IMG/VR virus record: IMGVR_UViG_3300031951_000164
Location: 1 to 60,514 of that record
Source of the DNA: a virus
Lineage: Duplodnaviria > Caudoviricetes
Direction: 5' to 3' (one strand)
Length of the DNA stretch: 60,514 bases
Shown here: positions 51,488 to 60,514 of the stretch, in pieces
Layout: each line of letters begins with the position of its first letter
Numbering within the stretch: position 1 is the first letter of the stretch
Program-made: the position numbers and the translations under genes
Notes under the pieces: generated by a model
Databases searched by the model: none
What the model saw: only the letters and a program-made list of their open reading frames with translations
Told to the model about the DNA's origin: nothing

Positions 51488-52943
51488 ACTTCAACTCCAC
51501 TTTACTGTTTGATATTTTGAATTTTTCTTCGTTGTAGATTTTAACTCGTTCGACATAATGTTTCATACTAAAATTTATTCTATCCTTATGTCGTAAATCG
51601 TCAACCAAGTCATAGATGACTGCGTTGGTTTTGTTTTCGCTTAGACGCAATCCTCTTCCTATTGACTGGAGAATCTTAATCTTCGACTTACCAATATGAG
51701 CGAAGATCACGTTGTGTAGGTTCTTTATATTCACGCCAGTTGAGAATGTACCCAAACTTGCAACTATTATAGCGTCATTCTCTTTCTCAGTCAAGTGCCT
51801 TATTGTTTCTCTGTCTTCAGCATCAACACCACCATGAACGAAGAAAACTTTTCTTCCCTGAGCTTTTTCGGCTATCAGATCATGAATTATTTGACCATGC
51901 TTCTCGACATAGTTGAAGAGAACCAACGTGTTCTTTTCCATTGACAACGCAAGATCTCTAACATATTCGTTGCGTGCAGTGTTACTCACAATAAAATCAA
52001 CTTCCTGTTGATAATCCATGTTGAACGCATTCTTTTTGGCATGTTCTGGATGAGATAAGACGAGGCACTTGATTTGAAGCTGCGCAATTTGCCCTCTGTC
52101 CATTAACTCTTTAGTAGAGATGGCTCTGTAAGTTGGACCGAAGTGACCTTCGATTGATAGAAGATTCACTTGCGTATCTTTTACAGTTCCAGTCATTCCG
52201 ATACGGAACCTTGCATTATGCATGTTGTTCATTATGTAAGACAGAGACTTCGCCTTGAATGTATGAGCCTCATCGCCGATTATAAAATCGAACGGAGCGA
52301 AATACTTTGTTGGAAAATCCTGTAGACTTTGCCAAGTTGAAATTACAAGAGGCTTCGATATGTTCTTGTCGAATCCAGCATATACTCTCTGGCAATACTT
52401 TTCAGCGTTCCAGCCATATTGCTCGAAGTCGCCATACATCTGTTCGACTAGAGAAACAGTAGGAACTATCAGTATGCCTTGTTTACATTCAAACTGAAGA
52501 AGAAACCTTGCGAGCAAATATGCAACGAGTGATTTGCCTGATGCTGTTGGAGAAAGTATTAGTCTTCTGTTGGATCGAATGGCAGTAGCAAACGCAGCAA
52601 GCTGATAGTCTCTTGGCTCCATTGGTAGCTTAAGAGAATTAGCAAAGAACTCAGCATCCTTTAGCGTGAAGTTCGTTTCTTTGTTCGTTGTATTGAGGCA
52701 AGTATATCCTTTATCTCTGGCTATCTTACAGATGTAAAACGCAAGACCATGAGGTAGCTGCATATTCTTCTTGTTGAGCAGCCGTATCTTACCATCCCAG
52801 ACTTTCCGCTTATACATCGGAGAGAACTTGTAATCGTCGGCATAGAAAGTGAAGAACTCTGCCAGCTCATGAAGAATGCCAGGTTCACATTGAATTCGTA
52901 CAAACGCTTCGTTGACTTTTGTTATTGTTATGTCATAATTCAT
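51480..52943 (-). CDS. uvsW: SF2 DNA helicase UvsW
   Basis: SPTASGKS, DEAH, GMTGT and QSIGRGLR motifs. Confidence 0.95.
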   Translation of the reverse strand: MNYDITITKVNEAFVRIQCEPGILHELAEFFTFYADDYKFSPMYKRKVWDGKIRLLNKKNMQLPHGLAFYICKIARDKGYTCLNTTNKETNFTLKDAEFFANSLKLPMEPRDYQLAAFATAIRSNRRLILSPTASGKSLVAYLLARFLLQFECKQGILIVPTVSLVEQMYGDFEQYGWNAEKYCQRVYAGFDKNISKPLVISTWQSLQDFPTKYFAPFDFIIGDEAHTFKAKSLSYIMNNMHNARFRIGMTGTVKDTQVNLLSIEGHFGPTYRAISTKELMDRGQIAQLQIKCLVLSHPEHAKKNAFNMDYQQEVDFIVSNTARNEYVRDLALSMEKNTLVLFNYVEKHGQIIHDLIAEKAQGRKVFFVHGGVDAEDRETIRHLTEKENDAIIVASLGTFSTGVNIKNLHNVIFAHIGKSKIKILQSIGRGLRLSENKTNAVIYDLVDDLRHKDRINFSMKHYVERVKIYNEEKFKISNSKVELKYE

Positions 52944-53398
52944 CAATGTTGTCCTTGTATAAACTTCTCCCAGGACATATACTCTTTCAGCTGCCATGTA
53001 CGATTGTTTAGCTCTTTCAATACGGCATTACAAAACTGAACTGCTTCTTCATGAACTGATTTTTTGGCTTGGAGTTTTAATAGGTCGTCGTCGGCGTCCA
53101 TATAAACAGATATGTCTGATTTCAACAGAAACTTGAATGGTTGCCAGCCATAATTCTTAAGGTCATCATCATCCAACCTGCCGTTGTAATACTCCCACTT
53201 GATTTTACGCAACTTGCTAATCTCCATACCCCATTTCTTGGAAGAAAGCGAGTGTGCGGATAGCTGCCTAACATATTTGGCATGAATTACAGGAATACGA
53301 ATGAGTTCTGCACCAGGATCCGTCATGTTGACGACGGCATCTTTTTCCCACATATCAATCAAATTTTCAAGAGATGCTGGTTGCATAACGAAATCCAT
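52943..53398 (-). CDS. uvsY: recombination mediator UvsY
   Basis: MWEKDA..IPVIHAKY..KWEYYNG..NNRTWQLK; synteny. Confidence 0.9.
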   Translation of the reverse strand: MDFVMQPASLENLIDMWEKDAVVNMTDPGAELIRIPVIHAKYVRQLSAHSLSSKKWGMEISKLRKIKWEYYNGRLDDDDLKNYGWQPFKFLLKSDISVYMDADDDLLKLQAKKSVHEEAVQFCNAVLKELNNRTWQLKEYMSWEKFIQGQH

Positions 53399-53413
53399 AA
53401 CTAATGAGGTTCA

Positions 53414-53442
53414 ATTATAACCGACTTTTCTACAAAAGTAAA
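53414..53442 (-). promoter_or_regulatory. sigma70-type promoter for uvsY
   Basis: TTTACT-17-TATAAT. Confidence 0.7.
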
Positions 53443-53477
53443 GTATGAAAATATAAACTATACAGTAGAAAAACAAG

Positions 53478-53525
53478 TTTACAATCACGCCGAAACTCGG
53501 TATAATCATACTGTTGGTTTTAAGG
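53478..53525 (+). promoter_or_regulatory. plus-strand sigma70-type promoter antisense to gp3
   Basis: TTTACA-17-TATAAT then CATACTGTTGGTTTTAAGG; twin of 4810-4856. Confidence 0.65.
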
Positions 53526-53526
53526 T

Positions 53527-54066
53527 TTAAAGGAAGTCATAGTATATGAAAGCGAATTTGGCTGTTGCTGCAATCACTTCGTCCGCTGTCATTTTGCTAG
53601 CAAATTGTATAGGCGAAATTTCAACAGGATATAGATCCTTAAATGATATAGTAAGAGCTGGATTGTTCTTATTCGTGTAGATTGTTAGCCTTCCATCAGA
53701 ATATTGAGGCTTTTCTGATCCAGATAGATTCAATCCAGCATACATTTTTGCAGCTTGCAATGCCGATAGGTTAGTATATTCTGCAAAATTAGTTGGGAAC
53801 CCCAAACCTCGTATCCAGTCATGAACTTCTCTCCAAGGCGATAAGTTTTCATTCAATAAAAATGTTATCTCTAGAGGAGTGTACGTTATCTTATCTCCAG
53901 CTACGGTGTAATCTATAAATGGAGTTGATCTTTCGTTTTGCGAGAGCGATAACCCAGGAATATTGACTTCCGTACAAAAAAACGAAACTTCCGGAAGGCG
54001 ATCGAAGACCAGCTTGAACTTCGAACCCTGAAGTAAATTTTTGTTTAAGTCTTCGTTGCAGCTCAT
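53527..54066 (-). CDS. 3: tail tube terminator / tail completion protein (gp3)
   Basis: FFCTEVNIPG, GDKITY..FLLNENL..W, SDGRLTI and FKDLYP. Confidence 0.88.
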   Translation of the reverse strand: MSCNEDLNKNLLQGSKFKLVFDRLPEVSFFCTEVNIPGLSLSQNERSTPFIDYTVAGDKITYTPLEITFLLNENLSPWREVHDWIRGLGFPTNFAEYTNLSALQAAKMYAGLNLSGSEKPQYSDGRLTIYTNKNNPALTISFKDLYPVEISPIQFASKMTADEVIAATAKFAFIYYDFL

Positions 54067-54090
54067 TTGATTATTCCAGTGGGCACTCAG

Positions 54091-54098
54091 TATTTATA
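54091..54098 (-). promoter_or_regulatory. T4-type late promoter
   Basis: TATAAATA upstream of gp3. Confidence 0.75.
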
Positions 54099-54101
54099 TG
54101 C

Positions 54102-54131
54102 AAAAAAATGGGGAGCCATTGCGGCTCCCCA
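54102..54131 (-). terminator. intrinsic terminator after gp23
   Basis: GGGGAGCC-GCAAT-GGCTCCCC followed by ATTTTTTT. Confidence 0.85.
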
Positions 54132-54170
54132 ATACAACAACGTTTTATAGTTATTGTTATTCGACGACTA

Positions 54171-55550
54171 TCACTTCAGGTTCGTGATCATGAACTTGCG
54201 ATAGTAGATATTGCTGTTGTTATTCAGAGCACCAGCATCGACGCTCAGACCACCAGCAAACGGGTTGGCAACCATTCCATAACGAGTCTTGAAGCCGATC
54301 TTCGGCTGGAAGGTGTTAGGATCGATAGCGCGAACCATTTGGAGCGGGACGTAAGGGCAGTAGAACAGACCCGAGTCATACGCGATTGAACCCTTGTATC
54401 CAACTACAACGAAATCGTTAGAAATCGCAGAAGTAGCTGAAGTCAGCGAGTAAGGATCGGCGTATACTTTTACGCGACCGAAGAGCGTACCGCAGTATGT
54501 GCTGCCAGTATCGTCAACAGTCATTCCGTCAGTCTTACCAACCAGACCGCCAGCATAGTCCAGAAGACCGGACATAGCCAGAGCCGAAGCGACGTCAGTC
54601 GAGCAGATGATTATGTTGCCCTTGCCACGACGAGTGTCTTTGGCAATCTTGTTGGCTTCACGCTCGATTTGATAGATCAGACCCTTGTACTTCTCAACCT
54701 GCCAGCGACCATCAGTGTCACCGCCAGAAGTTGCAAGGTTGAACACGCCAAGCGTGCCAGCAGTTCTTGCGCCGATCACAGCCGTAGCGTAGATCGTACG
54801 AATAACTTCGCGGTTGATTTCAGCAAGGATTTCCGTCGAAAGGATATTCGACAGTTCCGTCTCAGCATCAAGACCATGAACAGCCTTGAGGTCTTGAGCC
54901 AGTTCCATCGTGTACTCAGCTTTCAGAGCGCGAGTCTTGGCAGTTACAGTGACCTTCTCGATCGAGAAGCCCATAGCGCCCATAGCGGGTGAGCCTGTGC
55001 CGCCAAGATCTTCACCAACTGCCGTAGCAAAACCAACGCCGATATCGGCAAGACCGAAAGCAGCAGAGATTGAAGTGTTAGCAGGGTTTACGGTGTTAGC
55101 CTGAGTTTCAGCTTGACCAGCCTTAAGACCGAACGGAGTGTGCGTGCCAGTTCCAGCGAAAGCTGTGTTAGCTTCGTTGTACAGAGCTTCGCCGAGCTGC
55201 GTCGTAGCATTCGCATACTTCGAACGCATTGCGAAGATCAGACCTGTCGGTCCAGTCATCGGCTGAACGCCGCAGACATCATAAGCCATCAGGTTGGGCA
55301 TTGAACGACGAACGAGTGAGATAAGGATCGGGTCGAAACCAGCAGTGGTTTGACCTGAAGAACCCGTGTAGCCAGTGATGTTGGCTGGTGAGGTTTCGTT
55401 CAGGATTGAGCCTTCCTTCATCAGCGCCTGCTCTTGGTTCTCAAGAATGATAGCTGTTACGGAACGCTTGTAGGGGTCAGTGACAGCGCCAAGATCCCCG
55501 TGGTCGAGGACTGGTGCCCACTTCTTTTCTAAATTTTCAGAAAGGTACAT
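54171..55550 (-). CDS. 23: major capsid protein (gp23)
   Basis: GVQPMTGPTGLIFAMR, ELAQDLKAVHGLDAE, YCPYVPL and FQPKIGFKTRYG. Confidence 0.98.
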   Translation of the reverse strand: MYLSENLEKKWAPVLDHGDLGAVTDPYKRSVTAIILENQEQALMKEGSILNETSPANITGYTGSSGQTTAGFDPILISLVRRSMPNLMAYDVCGVQPMTGPTGLIFAMRSKYANATTQLGEALYNEANTAFAGTGTHTPFGLKAGQAETQANTVNPANTSISAAFGLADIGVGFATAVGEDLGGTGSPAMGAMGFSIEKVTVTAKTRALKAEYTMELAQDLKAVHGLDAETELSNILSTEILAEINREVIRTIYATAVIGARTAGTLGVFNLATSGGDTDGRWQVEKYKGLIYQIEREANKIAKDTRRGKGNIIICSTDVASALAMSGLLDYAGGLVGKTDGMTVDDTGSTYCGTLFGRVKVYADPYSLTSATSAISNDFVVVGYKGSIAYDSGLFYCPYVPLQMVRAIDPNTFQPKIGFKTRYGMVANPFAGGLSVDAGALNNNSNIYYRKFMITNLK

Positions 55551-55564
55551 ATAAATCTCCTAAT

Positions 55565-56686
55565 TTACTTATTGAGAGTTCTAGAAATTGCTGAAACGTA
55601 TCTCTCCATCAGAGGCGAAGTCGTTGACTCCGTGTAGTCTGATGATTGCTCCGCCAGAACTTCTTTTACTGCTACTGAGGATTGAACATTTGGTTGTTTC
55701 ACCTTGTTATCGAAGTATGACTCTTTGATAAGAGCTACCTTCTCCTGATATTCACCCTCTGTGGTGAACTCTACTCCCTCTGCGAGAGCTTTTACTTTCT
55801 CGGCTTGCGTGGCGGTGAGACCCTCGCAAACAGAAGATACGATTGATTCTTTGGTGGCTTCGTTAATGGCTTCTACAAGCTCAACGTTCAGGTTCAGAGC
55901 CTTGTTCAGCTCTTCCTGAAGTTCAGCCATTTCTTCAGCCATGGCTTCTACAACATCAACTTGCTCGTCAGGGATATTGATGTTGTGCTCGACGAACAGA
56001 CCGCGAAGACCGTCGATAAACTCTTCCATGATCTCAGCCTTGAGACCAGTCTCAACAGCCAGTTGGTTCTCAGCCAGCCACTCTTTGGCAACATATGAGG
56101 CGTAGGCGCTCATTTGCTCTTCGAGGTCCGCTTTGATTTCTTCTACTGACTGAGAAGCCATCTCGAGGATTTGCTCTTCGAGTTCTTCAACAACGGTAAC
56201 GGCGCGAGCGATTACAGCGGCTTCGAAGATAGTTCTAACTTTTTCTTTGAACTCTTCTGAAAGATCCTGACCCGAGAACATGGCATCAACGTCTTCTTTG
56301 CAAGACATGCCCTTCATCTTGTCACGAATCATTTGACGCTTTTCTTCCAGCGTCATTTCCTCTTGCTCTTCGATCACTTCTTCGTCTTCGTCAACTTCTA
56401 CGTCTTCAAAATCTTCGTCATCATCGCCAGCTTCTTCGGCTACTGCACCAGCAACTTTCGTCATGGGCATCGCGCCGAGTTTCGGAGCTGGACCAGGCTT
56501 GGCAGCTTGCGATATTTTCGCAGCAGCCTGACGACCAACGTCATTGCCTTCTGGCTTTTCGATTGTTGAACCACCAAGGTCTTGGACCTCAGCACCGCCG
56601 AGCTTGTGCATCGGCTCTTTGTCTGCGCTGGATTGCGATCTTGCAAGAACGTCAGCGGCAGCTTCTGAAAGAGAACGTACTGTCAT
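55565..56686 (-). CDS. 22: prohead core scaffold (gp22)
   Basis: LSEEFKEKVRTIFEAAV, EWLAENQLAVETGLK; position between 21 and 23. Confidence 0.92.
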   Translation of the reverse strand: MTVRSLSEAAADVLARSQSSADKEPMHKLGGAEVQDLGGSTIEKPEGNDVGRQAAAKISQAAKPGPAPKLGAMPMTKVAGAVAEEAGDDDEDFEDVEVDEDEEVIEEQEEMTLEEKRQMIRDKMKGMSCKEDVDAMFSGQDLSEEFKEKVRTIFEAAVIARAVTVVEELEEQILEMASQSVEEIKADLEEQMSAYASYVAKEWLAENQLAVETGLKAEIMEEFIDGLRGLFVEHNINIPDEQVDVVEAMAEEMAELQEELNKALNLNVELVEAINEATKESIVSSVCEGLTATQAEKVKALAEGVEFTTEGEYQEKVALIKESYFDNKVKQPNVQSSVAVKEVLAEQSSDYTESTTSPLMERYVSAISRTLNK

Positions 56687-56712
56687 TGGAATACTCCTAT
56701 GGTATATACTGT

Positions 56713-56720
56713 TATTTATA
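56713..56720 (-). promoter_or_regulatory. T4-type late promoter
   Basis: TATAAATA upstream of gp22. Confidence 0.75.
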
Positions 56721-56734
56721 AAAAATGTTTTTTC

Positions 56735-57385
56735 TCAAAGTTTCTTTAAAAACTTTTCGAATAGGCGTAATTGAGTTGTTTCCAAATCTTTCTTAGATGT
56801 TTTAACCAACTCTTTTCTCATATCGGCAATTTCTGCTTCACGAATTACACCATTATCAAAGACCCATTCTTTGTTCTCATATACTGCTTGAACCCAAGCA
56901 TCATGAGCAGAAGGATCCGCCACTATATCTGCCGCTGTAGCAAGATGATAGTCGTCCTGGACGATATTTCTCCCTTCCTTGGTAGGAACGAGAGACCCCA
57001 GACCTCTAGACGAGACGCCGAGCGACGCGCCTTCGTCCATAAAATTCTTTACGATTCTTCCGTATGGCGTATCCATTACCTTGGCTTTGCCTACGAAATC
57101 AGTGCCTTCTCTATGTAGGTCAGTGATCATATGAGAAACGCGATCAAGATTTATTGATGGCGTGTCCGGATGACCCAACTCGCCAAATGCACGCTTGGTG
57201 TTAATGTAATCATTCGTGTATCTCTGAACTTCTCGTTCCATTATGGACATAGGATACATACGCTGATTGCGATTAAATTTTTCTGTCTGCAGGAATATTC
57301 CCTGAATGTAGTAGTTCTTGCTGCCGTTTTCGGAAGCTTCTACCAGATACTTTACAGACTCGTTTACTTCTGATATTAGTTTCAT
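56735..57385 (-). CDS. 21: prohead protease (gp21)
   Basis: NRNQRMYP, GELGHP, GVSSRGLGS and DIVADPSA. Confidence 0.96.
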   Translation of the reverse strand: MKLISEVNESVKYLVEASENGSKNYYIQGIFLQTEKFNRNQRMYPMSIMEREVQRYTNDYINTKRAFGELGHPDTPSINLDRVSHMITDLHREGTDFVGKAKVMDTPYGRIVKNFMDEGASLGVSSRGLGSLVPTKEGRNIVQDDYHLATAADIVADPSAHDAWVQAVYENKEWVFDNGVIREAEIADMRKELVKTSKKDLETTQLRLFEKFLKKL

Positions 57386-57387
57386 TT

Positions 57388-57663
57388 TTATAACCCCATT
57401 GCGTGTCGACGCTTCATTGTTCTTTTTCTTTTCATAATGGCTCGAGCCATTTTTGCTCTTCTCTTTACTTTGCCTTTCCTTGCCGCCATTTTTCTATGCA
57501 TACGTTCTTGTGAACTCATGCGAACAAGTTTCGTCCCTTTTAATTTGTATCCTTTTACGTTGGATACTTTCTTTCTTCTCTGAATTTTTCCACCACGTAT
57601 GCGAACTCTTACGATTTTAATTCGCGGTCCAGCTTCGGAAAGGAATTGCGAGAATGTTAACAT
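57388..57663 (-). CDS. Arg/Lys-rich prohead core protein (gp68-like)
   Basis: MLTFSQFLSEA start, extremely basic, directly upstream of 21. Confidence 0.7.
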   Translation of the reverse strand: MLTFSQFLSEAGPRIKIVRVRIRGGKIQRRKKVSNVKGYKLKGTKLVRMSSQERMHRKMAARKGKVKRRAKMARAIMKRKRTMKRRHAMGL

Positions 57664-58100
57664 TACGGTCTACCATCTCCAAACCAAGACATAGCATTAC
57701 CAAACCCTTCGGCTTTCAATAAAGTTAAGGTTACAGAGAAAGAATCGTTTTGAGCTGCATTAATAATTTGAACTTTAATATTACCAGTCGGTCCAGTTGT
57801 ATTATTCGTAACACCAAGAGGCATCGTACCAGAACCAAGACCAGCAATGAAGAAAGTAGTGTTCGTGGAACCTTCCCATTGTAGAGCGGCGACTCCTCTC
57901 ATGCTCGAATGATATTGAATTTTGTCGACTGTCACTCCACAATACTGTTGACTATTTGCATACGAAAGAGCCTTTGGATTTACGACTACAGTGTTTGCGG
58001 CAGTACATGCAGCAGTGTAGTATGCTCCAAATTCTACGATAGTCTTTTCTCCACTATCGTAAATTACTCTTGATCCTATTACGTTTGGTTGCGTAATCAT
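57663..58100 (-). CDS. conserved head-module protein
   Basis: 145 aa beta-rich ORF within the 20-21 interval. Confidence 0.6.
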   Translation of the reverse strand: MITQPNVIGSRVIYDSGEKTIVEFGAYYTAACTAANTVVVNPKALSYANSQQYCGVTVDKIQYHSSMRGVAALQWEGSTNTTFFIAGLGSGTMPLGVTNNTTGPTGNIKVQIINAAQNDSFSVTLTLLKAEGFGNAMSWFGDGRP

Positions 58101-58101
58101 T

Positions 58102-58605
58102 TTAGCTTCCTATAGTTGGTGCTGTTTGCTGAGCGAATTTTGCTATCTTCGCGAAATCTTTTGGGTTTCCATTTAACATCGACTTAATCAGCTTTTGATT
58201 TTCTGGTGTAAGCACTGAATGTAATGACAGAATATATTTAGCTGTCACAGGATGAATTGTTAGACTTGCTCCGCTTGATGTTGGAACTTGCATTTCTTTC
58301 TGCCCGTTTGCGATTGCTTCCAACCTTCTCATCATCGAATAGTCTTCTTCAACATAATCCTCTTCAAGAGATTTCGTCAGTTTGCCATATCCTTTCATTG
58401 GATTATGCAAACGCTCGCCATATGGAATTGATACGTCTACTCCCAGCTTCGAGTTCGTGTAAAGAGCAACTCTATCTCCCGTGGGAAATATGCGTATCCC
58501 TTTACGAACAAGAAGAATGGTCATTGGAAGATCGTGTTGAGATTCTTCCAAGACCTCTTCTTGTTCGCTAGAGAGTTGCTCTCTGATGTCAGAAAACTTC
58601 TTCAT
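58102..58605 (-). CDS. conserved head-module (probable core) protein
   Basis: MKKFSDIRE start; RKGIRIFPTGDRVALY motif. Confidence 0.65.
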   Translation of the reverse strand: MKKFSDIREQLSSEQEEVLEESQHDLPMTILLVRKGIRIFPTGDRVALYTNSKLGVDVSIPYGERLHNPMKGYGKLTKSLEEDYVEEDYSMMRRLEAIANGQKEMQVPTSSGASLTIHPVTAKYILSLHSVLTPENQKLIKSMLNGNPKDFAKIAKFAQQTAPTIGS

Positions 58606-58613
58606 TCGTTCTC

Positions 58614-59645
58614 TCAGTCATCATTCGTTACGACAGGTTCGCGACTTCTTTTCGCTTCAGCCTTTCTTCTTTTTGCAGATGACATTGACCCCAGATCTCT
58701 TTGTATGAATTTCTTTTGGCTCCTTTTAGCTTTACCAATTTGAATTCTACCAGCTTGATCTTCGTATTCTCTTCCAGAATATTCATGCCCTTTATCATAA
58801 GCTCTATCTGCTTTCGCATTTGCTTTGTCTATGGCACGCTGCATAAGTTTATTGCTAAGTTCAGCAATCTGCTCGACTTCTTCTGGAAGATGTTCAAGAT
58901 TACTATGATGAACGGTGGTTGAATTACCAAAATTGTCCGCACCTTTGTGCTTGGGTGCGAACTTCCACTTTCCGCTCACATACTTTCCTGGCTTGCCCAG
59001 TCGCACGCTTACCTGTCCAGTTTTCCATACATCACTTACTTTTCCTTCATGTCCGTGTGCTGGTGTTCCAGGCAAATTAACTCTCACTCGGTCTCCTACT
59101 TTAAACTTTGGTTTCTTCGCCTCAGTCATCTGCTCGACTTCTTCATCATACACTCCGAACTTTTTAGAACCGAGCTCTTTGTTACTAATTGATGTTCCGC
59201 GAGTAACCTTTGTATTTCTTTGTGATGATGTTAATCCAGCTGCATTTCTTCTAACTTTACCACTAGCTGCACCTATTTTCGCGCCTTTATTATACTTTCT
59301 ATTTGCAAGTACATCTTTAGCCAATTTATCGCGTTCATCTTGATCGGCTGGTCTCCGCATCACAGAATCTCTTTCTCTTCCAATCCAAGCTCTAACAGCC
59401 TCATTAGTAAATTCCACTTCTTCAGCCAGAGCCTCAAGCTCTTCTTCCGACAGCGAGTCGAGATATTCATCAAGCTCTTCGTCTGACGTTTCTTCTTCGA
59501 GCTGATAATCGTCGCCGAACATCGACTGAGCCACAGCAATCTTCTGCTGCTCAATTTCGTCAGCAACGGCTGATTGAATTCTCTCAAGAAACGCTTCTCT
59601 GAAAGAAGCGGCGTCTTTTTCTTGTGCAAATTTAGTGAATGACAT
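58614..59645 (-). CDS. gp67-like prohead core protein extended with linker-delimited basic modules
   Basis: N-terminal helix AFLERIQSAVADEIEQQKIAVAQSMF directly after 20; EEVEFTNE, EEVEQMTE and EEVEQIAE linkers. Confidence 0.7.
   Translation of the reverse strand: MSFTKFAQEKDAASFREAFLERIQSAVADEIEQQKIAVAQSMFGDDYQLEEETSDEELDEYLDSLSEEELEALAEEVEFTNEAVRAWIGRERDSVMRRPADQDERDKLAKDVLANRKYNKGAKIGAASGKVRRNAAGLTSSQRNTKVTRGTSISNKELGSKKFGVYDEEVEQMTEAKKPKFKVGDRVRVNLPGTPAHGHEGKVSDVWKTGQVSVRLGKPGKYVSGKWKFAPKHKGADNFGNSTTVHHSNLEHLPEEVEQIAELSNKLMQRAIDKANAKADRAYDKGHEYSGREYEDQAGRIQIGKAKRSQKKFIQRDLGSMSSAKRRKAEAKRSREPVVTNDD
58860..59144 (-). repeat. two further EEVEQ linker repeats
   Basis: 58860-58883 and 59121-59144; 58864-58892 matches 20162-20190 at 28/29 nt. 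Confidence 0.85.
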
Positions 59646-60514
59646 TATTGATCTCCCTTAGCGAGCTGTTTAACTTGATTATTTATTTGCGCAATTCGAT
59701 CATCAGATTGACTTCCTGCGCCTCCTTGCTGTTGTTGCTGTTGCCCTTGGTCTTGAGAATCATCTCCGCCCTGAGCCTGTTGTTGAGCTGCAGCAGCTGC
59801 TTCTTTCTCAGCCTGTTCCTGAGCCTCTTCGTCCATCTCTTCTTCCATCGTTTCAATCTCATCGTCGTTGAAGCGAAGAACGTTAGATTTTACCCACTTC
59901 TCAGAGAAGAAACGACCAATATATGGATCAAGAAGCTGAAGGGTTTGCATTCTGTTCTGAAGAAGCTCAGCCTCTTTTAATTCAGTGAAGTTGTTATCTT
60001 TGATGAAGTCGTAGTGAATATACTGCTTGAATTCTTGCCACTCTTCTACAGTACAAATACCCTTCAGAGCAAGTTGACGCTCGAGTAACTCATCAAACAG
60101 TGTGCTGAATCTCGAACGCAGTTTGTCAATGAACTTGTCAAACTTCAATTCGTCTCTAGTGATCTCAGAAGAACGACCAAGCGAAAATCCTTGCTGAGCT
60201 TCTAACCGAGAAACTGGAACGTTGAGTGCTCGATAGAGTTTCTTCTCAAAGTACAGCACATCTTCCATTTCACCTAGATTCTGACCAGCTGGAAGAGTGG
60301 TGATTTCCGTCGACTTCCCTTCACCTCTTCTCGGCATCCAGAAGTCTTCGAGCATTGACATGTGCTTGCGATCGTCGCGAACTTCTCCTGTCGCAGCATC
60401 GTACACCAGCTTGTTTCTAAATCGCGTCATCACATCTTTAAGATATTGCTCAGCCTTGTTGCGTGGCATATTACCAACGTCAACATAGAACACTCTTCTT
60501 TCTGGTGCTCTTGA
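59645..60514 (-). CDS. 20: portal protein (gp20), 5' part outside the window
   Basis: RAPERRVFYVDVGNMP, MLEDFWMPRR, TEITTLP and EITRDELKF. Confidence 0.97.
   Translation of the reverse strand, partial: SRAPERRVFYVDVGNMPRNKAEQYLKDVMTRFRNKLVYDAATGEVRDDRKHMSMLEDFWMPRRGEGKSTEITTLPAGQNLGEMEDVLYFEKKLYRALNVPVSRLEAQQGFSLGRSSEITRDELKFDKFIDKLRSRFSTLFDELLERQLALKGICTVEEWQEFKQYIHYDFIKDNNFTELKEAELLQNRMQTLQLLDPYIGRFFSEKWVKSNVLRFNDDEIETMEEEMDEEAQEQAEKEAAAAAQQQAQGGDDSQDQGQQQQQQGGAGSQSDDRIAQINNQVKQLAKGDQ

Noticed and set aside
59700-59850. Gln/Ala/Glu low-complexity tail of the portal protein
   Set aside because: Variable disordered C-termini are ordinary for gp20 homologs
1-60514. Alternative genetic code (stop-codon reassignment)
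   Set aside because: Core genes are full length under the standard code, end in TAA, TGA or TAG, and no suppressor tRNA is seen

Overview
A ~60.5 kb segment of a lytic T4-like myovirus genome, with essentially all real genes on the minus strand. Spanins and IHF-consensus sites point to a Gram-negative, probably proteobacterial host. In transcription order (right to left) it contains: (a) the head module gp20 (partial), gp67, gp68-like, gp21, gp22, gp23, gp3; (b) uvsY, uvsW, gp55, gp47, gp46, def; (c) a VWA-metallopeptidase plus MoxR/CobS-like ATPase; (d) a putative DNA-modification cluster (glycosyltransferase, dNMP kinase, TET/JBP dioxygenase) beside gp45, dsbA, gp44, gp62, regA, hsp20; (e) an HNH endonuclease with dCMP deaminase; (f) gp43, uvsX, gp41; (g) a ~15 kb late-promoter block of His/Lys-rich proteins plus a lysis cassette; (h) primase, thyX, MazG-like, class II RNR, RuvC-like and three tRNAs. 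Most interesting signals: (1) an apparent capsid-delivered cargo system, in which many late genes start with T4 internal-protein-like capsid-targeting peptides, and modular polyproteins (one ending in a Dps ferritin) are joined by EEVEQIxE linkers that are near-identical at the DNA level 38 kb apart; (2) a TET/JBP dioxygenase ending in the same SSSLEDLF clamp-binding tail as the DNA polymerase; (3) three copies of a spacing-conserved IHF-site/promoter cassette; (4) two matching antisense promoters; (5) an HNH gene whose neighbouring dcd gene looks mosaic at its active site. All family calls come from reading motifs by eye; no database searches were run.
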